Assembly (NCBI GenBank): GCA_965223155.1
Contig: CBDCVR010000013.1
Span: forward strand, 896,001-960,000
Length of the DNA stretch: 64,000 nt
DNA from: Candidatus Multivoradales bacterium
GTDB taxonomy: Bacteria > Acidobacteriota > Thermoanaerobaculia > Multivoradales > JAHEKO01
Reading direction: 5' to 3'
The first letter of the stretch is position 1, and each line of letters starts with the position of its first letter. The position numbers and the translations under genes were made by a program. The notes beneath the pieces are model-generated. The model saw only the letters and a program-made list of their open reading frames with translations. It did not search any database and was not told where the DNA came from. Below, piece by piece: positions 58,368 to 64,000 of this stretch.

Positions 58368-60014
58368 TTATTTGCAGGTCTTGCTGCCGGGCTTGCCCTT
58401 GCAAGCTCCCGAACAGCACTCGCTGTCGCTGGAGCAGGAAGCTCCCTTGGGCAGCAAGGTGCAGCCACCGCCCGTGGAGCCACAGTCGAGAGCGGCCACG
58501 GCATCGGCCGCCTGCACCAGTCCGAAGCCGTACGCGTTGTCCCGACCGGGATCGCCCAGATCGAGCGCGGTCGTGGTCATCGCATCGCGAATCTCCTGAT
58601 TCGTGCAGGTGGCGTCCTGGCTCCAGACCAGAGCCGCCACACCGGCGACATGAGGCGTCGCCATCGACGTCCCGTCGTAGAACGAGTAGTTGCCGGTGGT
58701 GGTCGTGACCGTCGCCGACTGGCCGGTCATCGTTTCGAGGACCGCACCGTCGGTGCCGGACACGCCTACCGCCGGGATCGAAACCGCGGTTCCGCCGAGG
58801 GTGCCGCTGAAGAGCGCGGCGGCGTTGTTGAAGATGACGGTGCCGACACCGCCCTGGGATTCACACTCCACCACCTTGTCGGCAAAGGAGATGTCCCCCC
58901 GGGAGATGAGGCAAACGCTGCCGGAAGCGCCCGCGCAATCGCCCGGGCTGCCCAGGCCGTCCACGGCGTTGCAGCGGTAGAGCGCGGCCGTGGCGCTGGC
59001 ATCGGGCGAGCCTTCCATCCCGGTCGCCTCGTACCCGGAGCCGCCGACGGTGAGGCTCTCCTCGGTGCCGCCGCCCATGGCTACGGTCGAGCGCACGGCG
59101 ACGCCCGGACCCGAGAGCTCGACCTGACTCGTCTGCTGCGAGAAATCCGCAACCACGTAGGCCGAATCGACGGCAGCGACTGAAACGACTGAATCGTAGG
59201 ACGCCGGGTACGAGTGGCGAGTGTTGCCGTCGTTGCCGGCGGCCGCGATCGACAGCACGCCGTCGTTGTAGGCGCTGTTGAAAGCGCGCTGCTCGGTACG
59301 GTTCTTGAGCGAACCGCCGAGGCTCATGTTGACGATGGTGGCCCCGGCCGCCGTGCAGGCGTCGAGGGCGGCAACCAGATCGGACGAGTAACCCCAGCTA
59401 CAGCCCGAGGGCGAGCTGGCGTCATCCACGAACACCTTGACGATGTGCAAACCGACCGTGCCGCTGGGCGCGACACCCACCACGCCGACGCCGTTGGTCA
59501 GCGCGGCGATGGTCCCGGCAACGTGTGTGCCGTGATGGCAGATCGAAGTCGGGGCCAGCGGATCGCCAGAGCCGGGGTCCGGGCTGGCCTCGCCGGCGCT
59601 CAGCACCCGCAAGTCCTCATGCCCATTGGAGTAGCCGGAGTCGATGACGCAAACCGTCTGGTTACCGGCGGCGGCATCCGAAACCTGGTCCGCCTGAACA
59701 GCGGGAATGCCCCACGGAGTCGTCTGAGCCATCGGATAGCGAACGGCGTCCACCTCGATGTACTCGATGTTGGGATTCTTGCGCAGGCCGTTGAGGGACC
59801 GAGCCGGAATCCGAGCGGCGACCGCGCCCTGATTGGGCAGGTCCCGGAGCACCTGAGCGCCCGCGGCATGCAGGGCCGAACGACCCTTGCCGGCATCCAA
59901 GAATGAAACGATGTAGCGATCGGCGTCGGGCTGCGCGGCCAGGACCGGCAGCGCACCCACGCCAACCACCACGGCGAGAACCAACACGCACGCCCACTTC
60001 AGTGTCTTCTGCAA
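58368..60014 (-). CDS. Secreted S8 subtilisin-like protease with I9 propeptide, PA domain and Cys-rich tail
   Basis: VIDSG, HGTHVAG, AAGN, GTSMATPHVAG; PA insert (LISRGDISFADKV); AGGAGG RBS before TTG 60014. Confidence 0.96.
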   Translation of the reverse strand: MQKTLKWACVLVLAVVVGVGALPVLAAQPDADRYIVSFLDAGKGRSALHAAGAQVLRDLPNQGAVAARIPARSLNGLRKNPNIEYIEVDAVRYPMAQTTPWGIPAVQADQVSDAAAGNQTVCVIDSGYSNGHEDLRVLSAGEASPDPGSGDPLAPTSICHHGTHVAGTIAALTNGVGVVGVAPSGTVGLHIVKVFVDDASSPSGCSWGYSSDLVAALDACTAAGATIVNMSLGGSLKNRTEQRAFNSAYNDGVLSIAAAGNDGNTRHSYPASYDSVVSVAAVDSAYVVADFSQQTSQVELSGPGVAVRSTVAMGGGTEESLTVGGSGYEATGMEGSPDASATAALYRCNAVDGLGSPGDCAGASGSVCLISRGDISFADKVVECESQGGVGTVIFNNAAALFSGTLGGTAVSIPAVGVSGTDGAVLETMTGQSATVTTTTGNYSFYDGTSMATPHVAGVAALVWSQDATCTNQEIRDAMTTTALDLGDPGRDNAYGFGLVQAADAVAALDCGSTGGGCTLLPKGASCSSDSECCSGACKGKPGSKTCK

Positions 60015-60266
60015 TTGATTCCTCCTGTTGTCGTCGTGGCGAACCCCGCCCCCGGACACCTAGGCGGTGCCGGCCCGAGGCTCACAAGGATTGGAAGAGA
60101 AACATAAACCGGGCGGATCGGACCACAGCAGCCGAATATTGTCAACTTTCGATGGTTTCGGGGCCCCAGAACGGCAAGATTTCGACAGCCACCGGCGTTG
60201 CCGCGTTCGTACGATCTCTTAGCATGCCGGCTCACCCGTGCCGCAATCCCGAAAGGAGCCACAGCC

Positions 60267-60779
60267 ATGGTCCCAACCCGATGCCTCGGTCTGATCGCAG
60301 TCCTCGCCATCACCGGAGCCGCTGCCGCGCAAACGCCTCCGCCCGCCTGCTCGGATGAGAAATCTCACGACTTCGACTTCTGGATCGGAGAGTGGGACGT
60401 CTACTCGGGCGACCAGCTCGCGGGCACCAATTCGATCCGACCTATCCTGGACGGCTGCGTGCTTCAAGAGACCTGGGCCGGAGCCACTGGGGCCGCGGGA
60501 TCCAGTTTCAACTTCTACAACCCAGCGACCAAACAATGGCAGCAGTTCTGGGTCTGGCGTAACGGCACGACCCTCGAGGTCGCCGGCGGCCACGCCGACG
60601 GCAAGATGCACTTGACGGGAACCTCGAAGGACCCTCAGGGCAACGACGTCCAGCACCGGATCACCTGGTACGACAACGAGAACGGCACCGTACGCCAGCA
60701 CTGGGAAGCGTCCCGGGACGGCGGCAAGACCTGGACGACCGCTTTCGACGGTCTCTACAAGCGGCGCACCGACTCGTAG
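60267..60779 (+). CDS. Secreted beta-barrel protein (DUF1579-like)
   Basis: Signal peptide; FDFWIGEWDV, WQQFWV, VRQHWEASRDGGKTW..FDGLY; AAAGGAG RBS. Confidence 0.8.
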   Translation: MVPTRCLGLIAVLAITGAAAAQTPPPACSDEKSHDFDFWIGEWDVYSGDQLAGTNSIRPILDGCVLQETWAGATGAAGSSFNFYNPATKQWQQFWVWRNGTTLEVAGGHADGKMHLTGTSKDPQGNDVQHRITWYDNENGTVRQHWEASRDGGKTWTTAFDGLYKRRTDS

Positions 60780-60830
60780 CAGTCGGAACGGCAGCGCACC
60801 TCCCCACCGCGAGAGCGCCGACCCAAGACG

Positions 60831-61730
60831 CTATCCTCCCTCGAGCCCGAGCCGCCGGTACCAGTCCGCGGTACCCCGTCCGATCTCGTGCGGATACTCC
60901 TCGGGCGTGAAGTGCCGGCCCTTGCCCAGGAAGACCGTCTCGAGGTTGGGCAAGCGCCCGGACAGATCCTCGGCGACGGCAGGCGGAATAATGAACGCCG
61001 GCTCGACGTAGAACAGGAGCTTGGGCAGCTCGCCTGTCTGCAGCCACTCGTAGTAGGCGGTGACGGCGTCGTGCACCTCCGGCGGCTCGCCATCGAACGG
61101 AATCTGCGTAGGCCACACCCGCATCGCCTCCCGGTGCTCCGGATCCAGGTAGGGCTCCCGGTAGTGCGCCATCTCGGCGTCGAGGAACGGCCGCGCCGTC
61201 CCCGCGGGCAGGAGCTCTTCGACGAAGGCGTTCCTGGCCATCACCATGCGGCGGCCCTTGGCCGGATGGCGCAGGCGGCGGAAGACGAGGCGCAGCGGAA
61301 ACGGTAGGTCCCGTAGGCGGGCCGGCCGGACGATGGCCTCCATGAAAACCAGGCCCTTGATCCTCTCCGGATGGCGCCGGGCCCAGTGGAAGCCAAGGGC
61401 ACTGCCCCAGTCGTGCAGCACGAGCGTGACGCGATCGAGCTCGAGCCGGTCCAAGAGCTCGTCCAAGTACAGCGCGTGCTCGGCAAAGGTGTAGCCGATG
61501 TCCGGTTTGTCCGAGCGCCCCATGCCGATGAGGTCGGGCGCCACACACCTGCCCAGACCGGACAGATGCGGAACGACGTTGCGCCATAGGTAGGACCAAG
61601 TGGGGTTGCCATGGAGCAGGACAAACGGGTCGCCCCGCCCTTCGTCCAGAAAATGCATCCGCGAACCGCGAACTCGAAGCCAGTTGGCTTCGAACGGGTA
61701 ATCGGTCGAGAGCGATGCTTGGTCCGGCAT
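60831..61730 (-). CDS. Haloalkane dehalogenase
   Basis: LHGNPTWSYLWRN, PDLIGMGRSDKP, HDWGSALG, FMEA, GRHFTPEE. Confidence 0.93.
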   Translation of the reverse strand: MPDQASLSTDYPFEANWLRVRGSRMHFLDEGRGDPFVLLHGNPTWSYLWRNVVPHLSGLGRCVAPDLIGMGRSDKPDIGYTFAEHALYLDELLDRLELDRVTLVLHDWGSALGFHWARRHPERIKGLVFMEAIVRPARLRDLPFPLRLVFRRLRHPAKGRRMVMARNAFVEELLPAGTARPFLDAEMAHYREPYLDPEHREAMRVWPTQIPFDGEPPEVHDAVTAYYEWLQTGELPKLLFYVEPAFIIPPAVAEDLSGRLPNLETVFLGKGRHFTPEEYPHEIGRGTADWYRRLGLEGG

Positions 61731-61837
61731 ACGCCAAGCCTAACGGATGGTCGCACGAGGCACGCGCTCCTGGCCAAGACCCTCAACGCACCGGAGCACG
61801 GTCTCCGCATTCGGTCGGGCCATCCGTGGTCTGACAG

Positions 61838-61916
61838 TCAGGCTTCCTTGACTTTTCTTCCATTTTCCTAGACTTTCTGCTAGGTTATCTTATCGATTTA
61901 TCTAGTTTCCTTGACT
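61838..61916 (+). promoter_or_regulatory. AT-rich promoter/operator region with phased TTCCT(T/A)GACT repeats
   Basis: TTCCTTGACT at 61844, TTCCTAGACT at 61865, a degenerate copy at 61886, TTCCTTGACT at 61907 (21-bp period). Confidence 0.55.
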
Positions 61917-61965
61917 TCAAGGAACGAGCCCATCGCTCGCCCTGTCTCCATACGAGGTACCAACC

Positions 61966-62553
61966 ATGAGCTCCACCGTCACCTACGCGATGAAACTCTG
62001 GCAGTCCTGCGCCAGCCCGACCGCCGGCTGGCTCCTGGTGGGCCTGCCCTTCGCCCTCTTGGCCCTCGGCGCCGGGCAGGACGTCGCCGGGGCAATGACC
62101 CGGCTGCTGGCGGTCCTACTAGTCGCCGGATTGCTCTGGGCTCGAGGGCTCGGACCGGCCGGCCTCTGGGCCGATCGGGTCTTCACCGCTCTGTGGCTCC
62201 TCGGCTGGGCCGGCGCCTTGGGATCGATCACCACGGCGCGCGGCTGGCCCGAGTCTCCGTCCGGCTCGCTGAGCTTTGTGGTGGCGCTCTTCGTCGGCGC
62301 CGGGTGGCTGAGCTGGGCGGTTCACCAACGCCTTGAGGCTCCCCGGGATGCCGAATTCGATACCGACGCTCCCGCCATGCCCGCGCCGCCTGTCGCGGTG
62401 GTCGCCACCTGGACGCTTGCGGTCCTGGCCTTTGCTCTTCTCTATCGCGAAGGCCTCGTCGGCTGGGCGGACTCGGTCGTGGTGGGCTCCGCGCTCGCCC
62501 TCTTCACGGCATTTCAGCGATTCGAAGCGCCGACCGCTGAAGAGGCCGGCTAG
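61966..62553 (+). CDS. Hypothetical 6-TM membrane protein
   Basis: GAGG RBS; six hydrophobic segments; co-oriented with the XRE regulator. Confidence 0.75.
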   Translation: MSSTVTYAMKLWQSCASPTAGWLLVGLPFALLALGAGQDVAGAMTRLLAVLLVAGLLWARGLGPAGLWADRVFTALWLLGWAGALGSITTARGWPESPSGSLSFVVALFVGAGWLSWAVHQRLEAPRDAEFDTDAPAMPAPPVAVVATWTLAVLAFALLYREGLVGWADSVVVGSALALFTAFQRFEAPTAEEAG

Positions 62554-62610
62554 CACCAGCGGCGCGACGGCCGGGAAGCGGCCGCAGCGATTCCGAGCGA
62601 TGCCGCAGCC

Positions 62611-62841
62611 ATGAAGAACCGGCTCAAGGTCCTGCGCGCCGAGCGGGACTGGTCGCAAGCCGATCTGGCCGAGCGCCTGGGCGTCTCCCGGCAGTCGGTC
62701 AACGCGGTCGAGCGCGGCAAGCACGCCCCCAGCCTGCCGCTTGCCTTCCGGATCGCCCACGTCTTCGGCCACCGGATTGACGAGATCTTCTTTCCGGAAC
62801 CGGCGCCGGTCCATGGCTCGGACGCCCAGCCGAGGGACTGA
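62611..62841 (+). CDS. XRE-family HTH transcriptional regulator
   Basis: MKNRLKVLRAERDWSQADLAERLGVSRQSVNAVERGK..PSLPLAFRIA. Confidence 0.95.
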   Translation: MKNRLKVLRAERDWSQADLAERLGVSRQSVNAVERGKHAPSLPLAFRIAHVFGHRIDEIFFPEPAPVHGSDAQPRD

Positions 62842-62896
62842 GCGGGCCGCGAACTTGGGTGTCCCGCATCGATCCGGATAGTCTCGAGCCGGTCTC

Positions 62897-63682
62897 ATGC
62901 AGTACAAGATCGGCATCGTCCTTTCCGGCGGCGGCACTCGCGGCGTCGCCCATATCGGAGTCTTGCAGGCGCTCCGGGAGCACGGCATCGAGCCGGAGTG
63001 CATCGCCGGAACCAGCGCCGGCGCCCTGGTCGGCGCGCTCTACGCCGCCGGCTACTCGGCCGAGGAGATGCTGGAGTTCTTCGCTCGCAAGCGGCCCTTC
63101 GCGGTCTCCAAGTTCTCTCTCGCCAAGCCCGGCCTCGTGGACACCCACAAGGTCTGGGACGACTTCCACGAATACTTCCCCGACGACCGATTCGAGGCGC
63201 TCCAGCGCAAGCTCTTCGTCACCGCCACCGACATCGTCAACGCCCGCCAGGAGATCGTCACCTCCGGACCTTTGGTGGCCGCTCTCCTGGCCTCCTCGGC
63301 GATCCCGATGGTCTTTACCCCGATCCAGATCGAAGGGCGCTGGTTCGCCGACGGCGGCATCATCAACAACTTCCCGATCGAGCCCCTCAAGGTCCTGTGC
63401 GACGCCATCCTCGGCGTCTACGCCTCGCCGCTACGCACCGCCGACAGGATTGACTTGAAGAGCGCATGGGCGGTCTCGCAGCGGGCCTTCGAGGTCGCCA
63501 TGTACCACGGTTCGAAAGGCAAGTTCCGCGAGTGCGACATGCTTCTCTGTCCCGAGGAGCTGGGCGCCTACGGTGCCTTCGACACCAAGCGCATGGACGA
63601 GATCTACGAGATCGGATACCGCTCGGCGATCCGGCGCATGGACGCGATCCAGCGTCGCCTGGAGGCCAAGCTTTGCCTCTAG
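62897..63682 (+). CDS. Patatin-like phospholipase
   Basis: LSGGGTRG, GTSAG, ASSAIP, DGG. Confidence 0.95.
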   Translation: MQYKIGIVLSGGGTRGVAHIGVLQALREHGIEPECIAGTSAGALVGALYAAGYSAEEMLEFFARKRPFAVSKFSLAKPGLVDTHKVWDDFHEYFPDDRFEALQRKLFVTATDIVNARQEIVTSGPLVAALLASSAIPMVFTPIQIEGRWFADGGIINNFPIEPLKVLCDAILGVYASPLRTADRIDLKSAWAVSQRAFEVAMYHGSKGKFRECDMLLCPEELGAYGAFDTKRMDEIYEIGYRSAIRRMDAIQRRLEAKLCL

Positions 63683-63737
63683 CCAGGATCCCGGCAAGCC
63701 GGTCCGGCTTCCAGGCCGGCTCGACGTCGGTGCAGCG

Positions 63738-64000
63738 CTAGCCGGCGCGACGCGATTCGCTTCGCGCCGAGCGCAGGGCCGCGATCGAGAAGCTGAGCGG
63801 AATCAGCACCAGGGTCAGGGCGTAGAAGCGGACCCCCGGCAGGTTGGCCTGAGCCTGGGGGGCCAGGGCGCCGATCAGATTCGAGACCGTCACCGGCAGC
63901 AGGCCCAGCAGCGTGCCGCCCAGCATCAGGTTGAGCCCGTGCTGCCGGCGCTCGTCGAAGCTCGACTTGCGAAAGCGCCGAATCATGGCCACCAAGGCCC
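63738..64000 (-). CDS. Membrane protein, C-terminal fragment (runs off window end)
   Basis: Hydrophobic helices (LNLMLGGTLLGLLPVTV; LTLVLIPLSFSIAAL); stop at 63738. Confidence 0.6.
   Translation of the reverse strand, partial: ALVAMIRRFRKSSFDERRQHGLNLMLGGTLLGLLPVTVSNLIGALAPQAQANLPGVRFYALTLVLIPLSFSIAALRSARSESRRAG

Overview
GC-rich bacterial chromosomal window. The gene repertoire (multiheme-TPR cytochrome, DUF1800/DUF1501, BNR propeller, GT-C proteins) suggests Acidobacteriota, but that is inference. The first ~16 kb is a mosaic accessory region between an S58 peptidase/aldehyde dehydrogenase and fbaB. It contains: (i) an AhpD-like selenoprotein that the ORF track splits in two (in-frame TGA in C-F-Y-U, followed by a SECIS-like hairpin), plus a second diverged and truncated copy whose synonymous changes after the TGA support read-through; (ii) a 36-bp duplication of the ALDH 3' end flanking an orphan gene; (iii) a complete IS1111-type IS110 element whose downstream non-coding region carries guide segments matching its own reconstructed insertion site (seek/bridge RNA); (iv) a halocin-C8-like Cys-rich secreted precursor with a small membrane partner; (v) several nuclease/NTase-fold genes (NTase plus small partner, DUF429, DUF222-HNH, PD-(D/E)xK). 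The remainder is mostly housekeeping and envelope genes: fbaB, Nudix, glycosyltransferases, prfB with a +1 frameshift, lnt, SPOR, NfeD-stomatin, pssA, a CysK/CBS-like enzyme, and a YeeE/YedE + ferredoxin-NrfD + Tat-less molybdoenzyme + TorD operon. It also carries DUF1800/DUF1501, an S8 protease with a knottin-like tail, a haloalkane dehalogenase and a patatin. No rRNA, tRNA or CRISPR array was seen. All family assignments come from motif recognition by eye; no database searches were run.
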